Numbered from the whole stretch's first letter, positions 11,900 to 26,600 are shown. The stretch: DNA of 57,023 nt, filler included, from Platydemus manokwari (GCA_037951405.1; 5 parts of 5 records of this genome joined end to end with filler, not necessarily neighbours in it), one strand, 5' to 3'. Notes: a model not told the origin generated them from the letters alone. Made by a program: numbers and translations.

Positions 11900-14377
11900 T
11901 CAGTTATTGATAACTTTATTGAATTGGTCGGCACTATGTCCTTTGATATCCTTCTTCACAACTGTGATCGGAGCCTGAGGATATTCAGTATCCTTCAAGT
12001 AGTTCTATAAAAACCATTACCAATTTCAAACAAATTCTATCAATAATCGAAATTACATGAGCATAAATCAATGCATTTTTACGTTCATTTTCACTTGCAT
12101 TTTCTCCTACATAAACATAGATAATTTGACCATTATCAATAATGAATACGTCCTATTTTCACACCATGATTAATATTACAACACATTCTATTATCTTACA
12201 TCTTCATTAATATTGGATTTGTTGAAGTTGCCCGATGCAACCTTGTCGAATTTCAAAGCTCCAGAAGCATCAGAGATTCTGAATATTATTTTATTTATTA
12301 TAATATTACTCAAAATAAATAATAATAATTTTAATTTTATAATGATAATATTTTACTTAAAAAGTTGCTTCTCTTTTTGTGCCAACAAATCATGATTGAG
12401 ATCATCTTGATCTGGAGACTCATCTGATAATCTTCGATAGAATTCATGATTGGAGGTCATCTCATCCTCGTTATAAACATCGACTTTTGATTTTCCATGT
12501 CTATCTGAATTCAATTGTTGAGCAAATTGTTGAGCTCTAAATCTTTCATCTTTGTTGGATTCTTTTCCCATCCATTGATATATTTTTGAACCGGTATCAT
12601 AAATGAAAACGTCATCAGAGTTCAAATTTTGTTTTGTTGTACTAACCTGAATGGAGAAATTTATCTAATCGCTTACAATGCGAAATTACTTCAGTAATGA
12701 CAACATTACGTTTCTCTCCTCGGAAACGGAGCAATCGCGGTACGTATTGTTTAGTATCAACATGTCTAAATCCTGTTTCGTGACCACCTTTTAGATATCT
12801 TTAATAAATGGATAACAAATTAATCAACGGATTGATTAATTGATTGATAAATATAAAATTTTAATAAAAAATCAACTACTTATGCAATTTAATAATGCAG
12901 TAATAATTTAAATTAAATCAACATTTAGATGCTTAGAAGCAAGCATAAATATTTGGAAATAATATTATTAATAGATTGTTAATTACATTAAACTTGGGAA
13001 GTAGCTTTTAAAAAGTTCTGATTCAAATTTTTGGACCTCTCGATGTTGAATTGGTTTATCATTCAACAAAGTATCGAGTTCAACCGTTTTATAAGCTGCT
13101 GTGCCGTATTCATCCTATTTTGAGAAACAGATAAATAATTACTACAATGGATTATTTGTTTTAACCTGAGTAGAATAATTTCCAATCCAGAAATGAATAT
13201 CGTATTGTAATTCTTCTTCATTTTTCTTAATCTGATATACATGTTTTGTTAATATTTTTCGTTAAAATAATCATGCTTACATTCAATATAATATACGAAT
13301 CGCCTTCATAGAACTCACCATATTGATGTTTTGGCCACTGAACGACTTTAAATTGCTGGGAAAATTAATCAGTTAATCAATGAGAGAAACATTTTGAAAT
13401 TATATGAAATATATAACAACAAAAATATAAAATGATGAAGAGTAAAAATGAAATATTAACCTAAATCGTAAGGAGTGTAAATGTTTATATGCAAACTATG
13501 ATTATAATTAATGCATGAATATTCAATATATGATTATACCATAGTAAAGGGATGTAATATGGCGACGGAAATAAGAAAGAAGACTCGGTGCGATACCAGC
13601 CTGGATATAATTTGTATGGAGTCCTTGAGTCCTGGGACCCGAATAATAACAAAATCCTATTAAATATCGGTCAGGCCAAATCACAGATCATATTTATATC
13701 AGCCTTCTTAATTACCGCTACGCTGAAGGGCACCTTCTCAACGTACAAAGCTCACACCGATTTAAGAAAAATGAAAAATACGTCAAGAACGCGAGCTTTC
13801 CAATCAATAACAAATTTACTGAAAACCAACGTCAACTAGTAAATGCTAATAACAAATGAGGCAAATCTACACAGAAAAACCTCCGGGAAGATGAAAATTT
13901 GAACAAATCAAAGAAAACTTCATTATTTTAAGCCGACTTGAGGACCTGTGGCACCGCATCGTGAAGACACTTGTGTTTATGTTTAAATAATAAATATTAT
14001 TATGATTTTTGAATTCGACACTTCATATTTTTTTCAGCTAATTTTTTACGTATAAACGATATCGGTTTATTGTAATTATCACAAGCTTTCTCAGTTATAA
14101 TAAATTATTAATAATAACTGTTATTAATATTACTATCATTATTACGGTTATTAAATATATTATTATGTACTTCTATTCTCCAAATAAACAAATCTGCTCG
14201 ATTACAATCCTTGACTTCATCCCATGCCTTTTCAGTTTCGGCCGATGATTCTAAAACATGGATTGGTAAAATAATTATTAATAGACCTTCGATATTACTT
14301 TTAACGGTACGATCTTCACTGGATCCCAACAATTGCACATTTGATTCTTTCCAGTTGTATTTTTCAGTACGCCTCAT
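11900..14377 (-). CDS. Three-domain gelsolin/severin-like actin-severing protein, 368 aa, 10 coding exons
   Basis: Exons 14299-14377, 14171-14250, 13281-13355, 13166-13231, 12987-13114, 12690-12798, 12357-12646, 12200-12278, 12057-12152, 11900-12004. All are GT-AG and phase-consistent (1107 nt including TGA). Motifs: [81 protein letters not shown]. Confidence 0.95.
13553..14083 (+). mobile_element. LTR-like insertion in gelsolin intron 2
   Basis: GC-richer ~530-bp block starting TGTAAT right after a purine run (taaaggga) and ending ...TATCACA, with AATAAA near the 3' end. No TSD seen. Confidence 0.4.
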
Positions 14378-17300
14378 AACTAACAAAATTAAAAAAAATT
14401 AAATATCGATCTTATCTTGACTATAAATATCGATTGATTATATTTTTCGTCCAATACAACTGTTCAAGATTTGCGATGCATACGCATACACATAAATATT
14501 CATGTTTGCACAGTATAATCATGCACACAATTTATGCATGACATTATTGAGGGATTACTCATGGTTTGCACACTGGTCATTCTTATTGACCAGATTAGGT
14601 ACTTGAAAGAACCTTTCGAATCATCTTCATCTTTTGATTTGACATTCAATGCTTAGCCTTTTTGTGTGGTCAATTCCGTCTAATTTTGAATTACTAGAAA
14701 ACAAAATTTCATTAAAAACAAATGGAAAAATCTGATTCATTAAGCTATACATTCCTGAGTGTATATCGGAAAGGAATTGATGATAATTTATTACGTCATG
14801 CATTTCTCAGGTTTCAATATCGATAATAATCGTACTTTATTAATTAATTTCAAATAATTTTTTGGGAGAATTTTCATATTTTCAATTTGATAAAACAACA
14901 CCTACTCGCTATTCACAAAATAGTAGAAATTCTCTTCAATTTACTCGCATTTCTGTGCTTCTATCATGCACGTGTTTTTATAATAATCGTAGTTAATTAA
15001 ACTTTGTTCCACAACAACTTTTATATTTGATCCTCAGAATCACATTAACTGCTAAATAATAAATAAAAAGTAAGTGTATACCAATATAAAATCGTTACTG
15101 CAACTATTTTCCGAACGATTTAATAATTATCGAGTTTCGTTTCCAACTAGTAAAACAGTTAAGTGTTTTGGAATAATTTGCTATTAGAACTTAAACATTT
15201 TCTTCAGTTAACAACAAGAAATTAGGTTGTTGATAAGTATAACACATGTATCAACCTATTAATAATCAAATTGGAGTAAATCGTTAGTAAAAAAAAGATT
15301 GCATACACCTTAAAGCAAGTTTCTAAGCAGTTAGAAACAAAATTACAAAAACTTGAAGTCTTCAATTTACGAAATATAAATTAAAAATACTCTCAGAATC
15401 TGAATAAATATAATTAATTTATATATGCTCAAAAATAATAATTATGGTGATATTATAATATTACCATCGCAGCTAGATATGTTGTCATAGTGAAATAGTA
15501 AGAACGATATTGACTCACTCATGAAAATAATTATCAGATACATAGGATTCCAGAGACAGGTAACAAATGCATGGAGCTGTGGTAGCAAAGTAAATCATAG
15601 TAAAAACTTTGCGTTCGCACACAATTTATTTATTCTATTACTGGTGTATTTATAATATACAAAGCCATTTTTATTCTTTTTGATTTACTGTTAGCAAAGT
15701 TCTCCACAAAGCAAAATGATTTCATTCATTCTAAAACCAATTATTTCTCCTCACTTATGTTATTTATTGGCTAGGATTGCGCAGCATTTTGCTTCCATTG
15801 CTACTGTTGTTTACCAAGTTACCTTTAGGACATGATATCTGTATACTGTTAAAATCTTTGAATTACTTTAAGAAGTGAATAAATAAATTGATTAGTCTTC
15901 ATTATTTATCTAACTCTTTATACATGGAATTTATTGTTAATACTTTTATACTAAAAAGAAGATGTGAGCCCATCAGAACGTATGACTTAATATATCGAAA
16001 ATCAGTGTGAAAGATATCACTTGTGATTAACTTTACATCTTAATGCTCGGCAGAGGTAGGTATTTTATAATTTAGAAAGACGTTATTTCTCATTATTAGT
16101 CACTTAAATCGCTTGATAATTTGAGTTCAGAGTACTTGTCATTCGTACCTTCACTTTTTTTAAAATCCCAAAATTTCCCTACTATTAATTAATAATCACT
16201 TCATTAAATTTACATTGTGTTTGTTTCCATTTATTATTCTATAATATATTCCTTTCGACAACCTTTCTCATCTTTTCTTTATTCTGTTGTGATTAGAGTC
16301 GTTATTTTTTATTCCGATTCTTTAGCACCCGCTAATGAAGGATCAGTCATATTTTCCAATTTTTCGATTAAAATTTAAAATCATGTTTAAAGGCGTATGG
16401 GTAAAATTATGAGTACCCTGGACATCTAAAATATTTAATAATAATTTTGGGATTTCGATCAATAAATAAAAATTTATCGATAGTTGAATCCCATCATGAG
16501 AATTTGATGAAACACTAAAATAACACTGTCGAACATAAATATACATGTAATTAACATATATAATATTATTTTATTTATCTTGTTTTTAAAATCAATAATC
16601 AGTAAATTCGAAATTCGAAAATTCAAATTTGATTACTCAATAAAATCAAAATCGAAAAAAAACAAAATCCAGTAAAATTAAAATTATGCAAAATCAGAAA
16701 AATTAAAAGTAAAATTAAATCTAAAAGATTTCACTCACTCATATAATTTCTTTCATAAACAGTTAGTAATTTTTTGCAATTTTTCAGATAATATAAAGAA
16801 AATATAACAAATAAAATCCAAAAATTTATAGCAGTTTATTTAATATTTATAATATTTGTCAAAAAAGTTTTATTTGATATTTAATAAATTAATTAAAACC
16901 CTGACATTAAAAATAAATATTTGAAAGGTTAAATTAAATATTAATTAATAAGGTTAACGATGTGGAGCAAATATGGAATTTGCAGATAATAATAACAGAT
17001 AATAATTAAATACGCGAAAAAATTGTTTCTTAATATGCCCAAATATTTATTACGTCAATTTTATTGGATATTTTGAAAAACCAAATTTTGGGCAACTACG
17101 TAGAACACTTAACACTTACTTGACTAGAACAAATAAGAAACTTATAAATTTAGAAAATGAATCAGCTGAGAAAATTTATTTAGGAAAGAAAAATGATTAA
17201 GAATTGAGACCATGGTTATAATCTATTCTTCTATTTATTGATCCAGGGCAGCAGTGTGGCGAAAGAATAAAATATTTTTCTATTCTATTAGTGAACAAAA

Positions 17301-20300
17301 ATATTAGTAATCCAAAAGAGATTATATAATATTAATAAAATAATTAATCCATTGAATAAATCGATGGCAAAACGTGATGGCAAATTTTTATTTACAATTT
17401 TGTCCGCGAACTTTATTTACAACCTAATAGTAACAGTTATATAAATCCTATCCTTATGATAATTTTAATTGATTCCACAATTTTATTTGGTCTGGGCCCA
17501 GACCTATCAGACTTTAACTAATCAATAAAATCAACTTAAAATTAGCCACTGAACATGGTTATAAGAGCCATAGTCTTAATCTTCTTTAATCTCCTTCAGT
17601 CTAATAATAAATTCTGGTTATTTATTTTAATTAATTATTAAGAGCCCACCAAATAAACATTATTAATAAAGAGATAATAAAAATTAACTGATTTTAAAAA
17701 ATGATGAAAGTAGTTTGGGTTGAAATTATTTAAATGTGGAAATATATAAATAAAAATAAAATAGAACAATAATTATTAAAATAAAATTATTTTTCCTAAA
17801 AATAAATATTTAAATAAAATAATGTTAAAAATAAATAATAGGATTAATTATTTAAATAATTAAGTTTGTTTAACTGAATCAATTAATTAAAAATAGAAAA
17901 CAATTTCTGAGGTCGGAAATTGTCATTAATTTAGAAAAAGTCAAGTTCAAAGAACTGACTAGTGGAGTTGGTGAGAAAATACACTTTGGCCTATCTGAAA
18001 AATAGTTAATCGGTGAAAGGGTTTCGACCGATTATAGGACAGAAAAACATTAATTCGTGGAATTGGTGAAAAACCAGCACGGATGGTGGCTAGTTAGTGT
18101 ACATTGAATTATTCGAGGAAATTGTTTCTCAAATATTTGGTTAAGCATAAACTTAAATTTTGGATATTCGAGGACATCGCTCCCGAATATCGGTATAACA
18201 GAAAAGCTAGAGTGGTGCGTCCGAAACTGTTTGTTGCGCGCGCTTGTTTTGTTGTATAGGTCAGGCGAGCATCTCAGCCGGTAGATCAAATTCATGAGCA
18301 AATTGGTTCCGTTTTTTATTATGAACTTGATTATAAGGGTTGGATCCTTGATTGTGTTATTGTGATTTGAACAAAAGGCTGTAAAGCTATCCTTTTGGAG
18401 TCAGATAGATAGGATCTAGGGAGTATTTGTTGCGCTCTACAACAGGTAGACCCAACAATTATATGTTCCATAACCAATATTGTAATCAGTTTTTATTTTA
18501 ATTTACATTGTACATTTTGTAATCCATTATTGTATTTTATTGCTTTCATTCTTTATTTATTCGTTAATTACTTATAAATTAAAGTGAACACTTCTAATTG
18601 AGTTAGATGATTAATAAAATATTAATTTTATTAGATATTAATATTTTGAACCAAATTTGTCATACTTATGTAATTAAATATTCATATTTTTTGAGCTCAC
18701 TTAGATTCTTAAATCTATCTTAAAAACTATTAAAACTTTTGAAAAGTACCATAATATTTAAAAGTTAATATTAATTTGAATAATTGAAGGATATTTAACA
18801 CAGTGAAAATATTTATTCAACAAATATCACATTAATAATTCAGGAATAACACTTGTAGCCCATAAATTAAATACAAATTTTGGTTACCATAACAACTTCA
18901 ACATTACAATTTATTTTAAGATTCCTTTTTAACTTTACACCGCCATTTAGATTGTATTCACTCAAATTGTGCCGACTTTTCAAAAAGATTCTAAATACAA
19001 AATAAAGATAGATTATAATATTTTTAAATATTGAAAGATATTTTAATTTTGTCATTTTCGAAACTAATATTCTTATGATAAATATTAATGTATATCAAAA
19101 ATAATAATGAGTTGCTGATACTAAAAAAAGTTAACGCCTTGCTATTGCGTGACAAAAGTGTCAAGTAATGAATTATTAATTTCATATTTTTAGCCTTTTT
19201 AGGCACAACTCATCAACTTTACAATTATAAATTCTGAAATTTTGTGTGAAAAAAATTCCTTTAATAAAGTTTTGTAACCCTATACTGTCCCTTGTATTTG
19301 ATTAAGTATCAAACTCCGCGAAATTCTTTACCATCGATTTGAAAGTCTCAAGATATCGAAGAATTTTCTTTTTCATAATAAGACATCAAATATATTTTGA
19401 AATTTTAGTGATTTGATATTAATCATTAAAAACTTCCCAAATTTTTCAGGAAATCATTAAATTGGTTGGTCAATACCAAAAATTATTATTTTAAAAATGA
19501 GTTTATAATTATTTGCGACATGCAACAAACATATTAGTGAGTTATTGCTGAACTGGAAATTAGTATTTCATATCTAATAAGCCTTTGAGACGTTAATCTG
19601 TATGTTATTAAAAATAATGATTGCAATATAATTTAAGGAAACTATTTAAATTAATGAGAACAATGTTGGATTTTGGATATAAATACCAAAGAAGAGGATG
19701 GTTAAAACCCCAAAATAATTGGTTCAATAGGTATAACTATATGTACAGTGTGACTGATTGGATGGTTATTGGCAATAAAGGCTAACCAGCAAAAAGCAAT
19801 ATACCTACTAATGGATAAATGGTATCGAAAAAGAAGAAAAACTAACAAAGAAAATCGAATCAAAAAATTATTAACAAAAAATTATCATTACTGCCAATTA
19901 CTGGTCGGATAAAAATCCAAATAAAAATCGGATTGAAACATTAAAATATATATATTATTATTCAATATTATTCAATGATAGAAACAAAAAATAAAATTAT
20001 GCAGGCATTAATACAATCATGATGCAATTTTACTTTGGGGGAACTATTGATTTTAATCTTATCGATTCCAGAGAAGATTGCGATTTATGAACCCCTTCCT
20101 TGCATTGTACAAAATCATATTCAAGAATCAGCAAATCTCGATAATTTATAGACTTGAAGTTATGATTTTAGATTGTAATTGAAGATTAATTAACTCATGA
20201 AAACTGATGATAAATCGATTTTTGAACACTGGCAATGAATAATCTTCTCTGTTCTATGGAATTATGGAATCATGGAGTAATCCGTGTAAATGTGTTCTTG

Positions 20301-21239
20301 TGTCAGTAATTGTGACAGTAATAATTGTGACCACTGCTATTGTTTGACTGGCGGTCTCATACGGGTCTTTATGAGTCACTGTTCGAAATTCTCTGATTAT
20401 ATATGTAATGCACTGAATATATTTTTCATGCTATAATTTATTAAGCTCGATTATTATCTGGCTAGCGATTTGTTAGAGTTATTTCTAGTACTGTAATTTT
20501 ATTAGAATTTGATTTTATTTGTTTTAATGGGTATATATACTTTATGTAGTAAGTTGTTGAGTAAAAATTGTCAAATATTTTTATATATAAATGCATAATA
20601 AAACAATTATGGGATTATTGTCTATATAAGTCTTTCAAATTGTTCAAAGTCCTCAAACTCAAAGCCATTAATTTTAATGATAATACACAGATTATTTTAA
20701 ATGACTACTGTAGGCTATTATCACTTCGCATAGCATGTATTGAAGATGAACTAAAGAGTTCCGACACCAAATTATATTTTAATTACAAAATTATAAATAT
20801 ATAAAAACTTGAGTATAAAATTTTTCAAAAATTTCAATTTATCATAAATCCTCAGGCCCCCTTTTCTTTAAAATTTACTCGGAGTTCTTAATTATCTCTA
20901 TAACAAATTTTATTTCCTTTTATTTTGTTATAAAATTTAGATAGATATTTATCTATACAATTTCTTTTTATTTGTCTCTACTTTTCATCATCTCTAATCT
21001 TCTCTATAACTTTTTTATATCTCTTCTATATCTTCACTTTTTCTTCTCTACATCTTGTATACAATTTGGCTATACCTTCTTCGCATCTTTTCTGTATATT
21101 CCTCCTTCTATTCTATACTTTGATGCAATAGATATTCTCACAATCGAACCCAAAGACGTGGTATCTGAATGTGCCCTATCAAACCAGCCAATGATGGCTA
21201 CAATTTTGTAGACCCCTATGTATAAGGGCATTATAATTT

Positions 21240-21450
21240 ATAATACTGTTTAATGTTCATGAGAACTCCTTGACTACCACTATGATATCGGTTGAGATTG
21301 AAAAAAGTTTTTCCACTTTAGCATGAATAAAAATATTTTTCCGAAAATAAATTTTGGTAGAAAGGTCCTTTCCCGTATTTTTAAAGAATTTATAAACGAT
21401 GTTGGCAATCTTAATGACTAAGTAAATGATCAATTTGATTTCATTTTAGA
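21240..21450 (+). mobile_element. Decayed hAT transposase C-terminal dimerisation-domain fragment
   Basis: Reads LLTTTMISVEIEKSFSTLA*IKIFFRK*ILVER, similar to the hAT consensus LTIP.TS...ERSFS.LKRIKT.LR..M..ERL. Confidence 0.6.
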
Positions 21451-22183
21451 ATAATTTTTTTTAATTTCTTATTGATTTATTGTATTTATTGAGAGGTGTG
21501 GGAATTAATAAATCAATATATTTCAATTTTATAGCTATTCAGAATTTTTCGAAGATTATAGTTTTCTCAATTAAAAGTTTAAAGATGCCATTGAGTTTTA
21601 GCGTAATTTTTATTATTTTTGTATTCCACCATTTTTACTGTTGACTTTGTTTTCAAAATCAATGAAAAGTTATTGATTCGTTCAAGCTGTTTTAATATTA
21701 AAATTATTTGTGTACTCTTATTCTTTAATTCTTGGAGCGCAAGCAAATATTTATATTATAAAATGTCTAAGAAAATATGCATTATCATTATTAAAAAATG
21801 TATGCCATACTTGAAGTGAGAAACTTATAAACTTCTAAAGTAATCGATATTGTACTAATTGACATGACTACTGAAACATTGTCGACAACGAAACGTCAAC
21901 GAAACTTCTCAATTTTTCACAAGTCACCTAACAATTGTTTATCTTCTACATATAAAACGATTCAGCCAGACACACACCATTATCGTGCTTGTGTGTATAT
22001 ATTAATGCTCCATTAACAGTCTATTTTGTATGCATTCTACAATCGATATTTATGTTTGTCATTCGTATTTTCAATAATCAGACTGTATAAATTTACTGGT
22101 ATGAAATTTTTTTTTATTGCTCTGTCACTTTGTTGATACTTGAAATTTTTACAAATTTAGCAAAGCAACTCACCTAATTTACA

Positions 22184-23050
22184 ATGCAAAAAGCAAAGAA
22201 ATACGATTGGAAGGATTCAAATGTAGAACTGATTGGTTCAAGTGAAGACCGTAGTGTGAAAAGTATTATTTTTAGTTGTATTTTTCACGCTCTAGTATGA
22301 TTTTTCTCGAGAATCTTCTGCCGAAACTGAAAAAGCATGGAATGCAGCTAAAGGTTGTAAAGAGCCAATGTTGTTCATTTGGCGAATTGAAGTAATTTTA
22401 TTGATTTATAGAAATGTCTCAACAATTTTTCGTTTATTATTAATCGTTTCTTATCCAAATTATGCTTCACTGATATAAGATTTTAAATAATTGTTATAAA
22501 CACAATTTCAAAAATTTAATTATCATCGCTCCTAATTTTTATATATATGAATTGGAATTTTCTGATAAAATATAATTATAAATAATATTAGGTTTATTGA
22601 AAAATTAATAATAAGAGAATCGATAAAATTTTCTTCATAAAACGATTGGAGGGAAACATTAATTAATTAAAATTCAGAAATTCAAAGTCGTTGAATGGTC
22701 TAAAAAACAATATGGAGAATTCTATGAAGGTGATTCGTACATTGTATTGAATGTGAGTCCGAAAAATATTACTGCCAAATTGAGACCCAATTAATTTCAG
22801 ATCTACTCGAAAGAGAATGAATTACTGTACGATGTCCATTTTTGGATTGGTAAATATTCCACTCAAGTGAGATTTATGATATTTTTGATATCAAATAATC
22901 CACCGTTTCATCCAATGACCAGGACGAGTACGGAACCGCTGCATATAAAACTGTGGAATTGGACACGTTACTTGATGATAAACCCGTACAACATCGTGAA
23001 GTACAGCATTACGAATCGGATCTGTTCAAGAGTTATTTTCCAAATTTAAT
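22184..23050 (+). CDS. Second gelsolin/severin-like paralog, first five exons only (3' part lost at the gap)
   Basis: Exons 22184-22262, 22312-22391, 22678-22752, 22801-22866, 22923-23050. Sizes 79/80/75/66/128 nt are identical to the first copy. Reads [26 protein letters not shown]...[13 protein letters not shown]...[26 protein letters not shown] with no stops. Confidence 0.93.
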
Positions 23051-23290
23051 GTAAAATTTTATTTATTTATTCATACACCATTGAATTTTGTGATAATCTA
23101 TGAAATATTTGATGTTATAACAAGAATCTTGGTTGTCATAGGAATTTATTCTGGCAAAACAGTAATTAAATTATTATATTCATAGAAATTGTAATGATGT
23201 GGATGGGTTTCTTGTAAACTGTTCGATAATGAGAGCTTGAAGAATCGAATGTAATCCTCATATTCTTGGATGATATTGTATAATATAAAC

Positions 23291-23413
23291 CAGGGGTGGC
23301 CAACCGGTCGATCGCGATCGACTGGTCGATATTGAAGCCAATTTTAGTCGGTCCCGTGAGATGTTATTCAAATGAAAAGTCGATCTTACGTACACAAAAG
23401 TTGGCCATCTCTG
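23291..23413 (+). mobile_element. 123-bp hAT-type MITE, copy 1
   Basis: TIRs CAGGGGTGGCCAAC / GTTGGCCATCTCTG with a perfect 8-bp TSD atataaac (23283-23290 and 23414-23421). Confidence 0.93.
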
Positions 23414-23484
23414 ATATAAACCATTTAATATAGAGATATCTTTCAAATCAATAATATAAAATCAATAATAATATGAACAAATTA

Positions 23485-23584
23485 NNNNNNNNNNNNNNNN
23501 NNNNNNNNNNNNNNNNNNNNNNNNNNNNTTAATTAATTAANNNNNNNNNNNNNNNNNNNNNNNNNNNNNNNNNNNNNNNNNNNN
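23485..23584. other. Assembly spacer with TTAATTAATTAA linker
   Basis: Same 100-nt pattern as the other spacers. Confidence 0.97.
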
Positions 23585-23685
23585 ATTTAGAATTAAAGAG
23601 ATATAATCAAATTAAATTAAATTAAAAATAATTAATTACGTATTAAATTATTCAATTTAATATAATCAAATAATCTTCAACTCAC

Positions 23686-26600
23686 CAACACTAAATGGAA
23701 TACTTTTATCCCTATTTATTATTGTTTTTCCGTCTGTTGATAAGAAATTCGATATAGGATTGAAGTTGTGAGAAGCTAAAAATACACTTTTATTTCTAGC
23801 CACTTCATGAAGATTGGCTAATACACACGTATCTTTTGGTATAAAATATCCACACAAATCTGCATCTTCCGTAGCTGAATGAGGAACACCAAAATGTAAA
23901 ATAATTGACCATCTATAAATATTCATCTATTGATTCCTCATTCAAAACATTGCACAACACAGAACCTTAGTGTTTCCAATATTGCAGCTTCACACAATGG
24001 AAGACTCGCAAGATCTCTGGTTGATGGTTTTCTTTCTTTTCCAATCACAGTATCAATTTCATGACATATTTTTTCTTGTAGATCTTGATTGTTGGCCAAA
24101 GCAAATAAAGACCAAGATATCGAAGAGTATGTCGTTTCGGTTGCCGCAACAATTAATTCGGTGCAGACACGAACAATTTGTTCATCTAAAGTGCGACAAT
24201 TAATTTATTACATAATAAATAAATAAATTATACTATTTATATAGACAGTACTAAAATAATTTCATCAAAAATAGAATATTTAACCTTATCAAGTTGAGCT
24301 TCAATCTTCATATCGATAGAAGATATCACAAAGCTGTTATATAAGCTTTTATTGAAAGACATTGGAAAATCAAAATATTTTAAAAATAAGAAACATATAT
24401 TTCTTACCATCCCAATAAAAGGCGTCTTCTTTTGTTTTTTGATGATTGCCTTGTTCTTCGATATAACTATAGATGAAATCGCTGATGTTGTTACGATCGA
24501 ATGATGATTTGTGCTCCTTGACGAATTCCATAATCATTTCTTCCAAAGGTACCATTGAATCTTTGTAATGTTTCATTCCTACTAACTTTTGAAAAATTTC
24601 CCATTTCCTAAAATTATCGATTAAAACATTAATTTCTATTAGCTTCAACATTATCGTAATTGTTTTGTTTTTTATTGCCACCTCTAATAAATAAAAAGAA
24701 GTCATCGATGAGGAATGAATCAATTCTCATCCGATTTTGTAAGGGAAATAAATTTCAAGCAGTATAATGAGTTTGAATTGTTTTCTGTGAAAAGAATTTA
24801 TCAAGATTTCATCATTCAGCTAGAATAAATAAAGATGGGGGAAATAATAGACACAATCTGGAAATTGATAAACGTCGAAGAGTAAAATGTTTTAACTTAA
24901 TTTGTTTATCACAGAATAAATAACAAATATATTATTTTTGTTTATGGCTTAATTGGAAAAGTTAATAATGTGATCACTGCGGATGCTGGAGACGAGTTTT
25001 TTTATAAAACTGAAATTTAACACTAAGTTATTATTTAGAGTAATTAGACGGATTTTATTTATTGTTGGTGAGATCTAACTGAAGTTATTTGAGTCTTTAC
25101 AGTCAATGATCTTTGAAAGTTATAAACGTTGAGTACAAATAATTTTAGCAGAATGTGGGTGTTGTAAGCAATTTTCCAACACATATTTAATTGGCATCTT
25201 ATAAAATTTATAAACATTAATTTTAATATTTAATAAACCCTTTATATCCAACTTATACATGATCAGAGTGATTAAATTATTGGAGTGATGATGAAGAATT
25301 AGTTGGTCAATTTTTATTTCCTTAAATCTTCCAAACTTTTTTTCCAAACTTACCAACAGCTTGAAAATAATAACCCATTAATTTTGACTACATCCTATCT
25401 TGAAATTTTAAAGCAAAATGATAAAAGTGAATATCATTGTAAACAATCATATTGAATTGACGAATAACAACCAATTGTATTATCATAGTTCAAAAGATTA
25501 ATGATTGTTTTTATAATAGCTGTTACAAGATTTGAAAGATCAGTGATTAATACGTTAAAGATTGTTACAATGTTCCGATTTCGTGATATTTTCTAATCTC
25601 CAATAACGCATAGCTGTGAAATTAATAATTTTCTGGATTTTAAAATGAAATAAAATTTCAAAGGTTTATATTCAGAATTAGTATTAAAAATATAAATATA
25701 CTCTGTGTTCCGGCATTTCATTAAGTTATCAATGCGTGATTTATAAAATAAAAGTGGCTTATAATACTCATTGATAGACCCGAACAAAATGCTTTTAATA
25801 TCATCCATCTCATTACAACAAGCACCGTTCAAATTCGAGTTTCATTTTAAAATATAATATATAATGATGATGATTATTATTAGTAGTAGTTGCAGACATT
25901 CCTTGATTATTGTAAATAATTCTGTAAATTGAAAGGCCACTTTATGTTGGACTTTATTAGTGATGATTTCTGCTATATTATATCAATATTCAAGATGTGA
26001 AGTGTTTATATTTTCAATTATTTATCATCTATCACGCATAATTATGATTGGCATGGTATTGAATGTACTTTATCAATTATTTTATCAATGCACTTTATAA
26101 TTATTTAAATATTATAATAATTGCTTACATCAGTGGTAGGAGAAATGGAAATGAATTAACAAGAAACAAAATCATTGGCGCGTTTTGAACTATTTCCAGT
26201 TGTTTAATGAGAAATGAGAGTTGCTCGTTATTAAAATTGAAGCCAAACATGATTCCTGTGATGTTGAATGCAACAGCTTCGACCAAACTTGCTTGAAAAT
26301 TGAAACTTTCGTCAGGGTGACGAATGATGTGATTGTCTATTTTCGCAAACATACCATCTATCTATAATAACAATTATAATTATTTTTATAATTATAATTA
26401 TTAGAAAAAATTATATTTATTAAAAAAAATTATTATTATCATTATATATAATTATAATTATAATTTTTTATTAATTTAATGCATAAAAACTTAATAATCA
26501 TATTCCTCTAAAATATTACACTCTCATTGATTTTATCCTCGAATGATATTTTACCAAACCCCATATTTCGAAATGAACGCAAAATAAAACGACGATGTTC

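Noticed and set aside
17900-18640. GC-richer LTR-like block (similar ones at 5530-5760 and 40050-40400)
   Set aside because: Probably TE-derived, but I could not define termini, TSDs or coding motifs.
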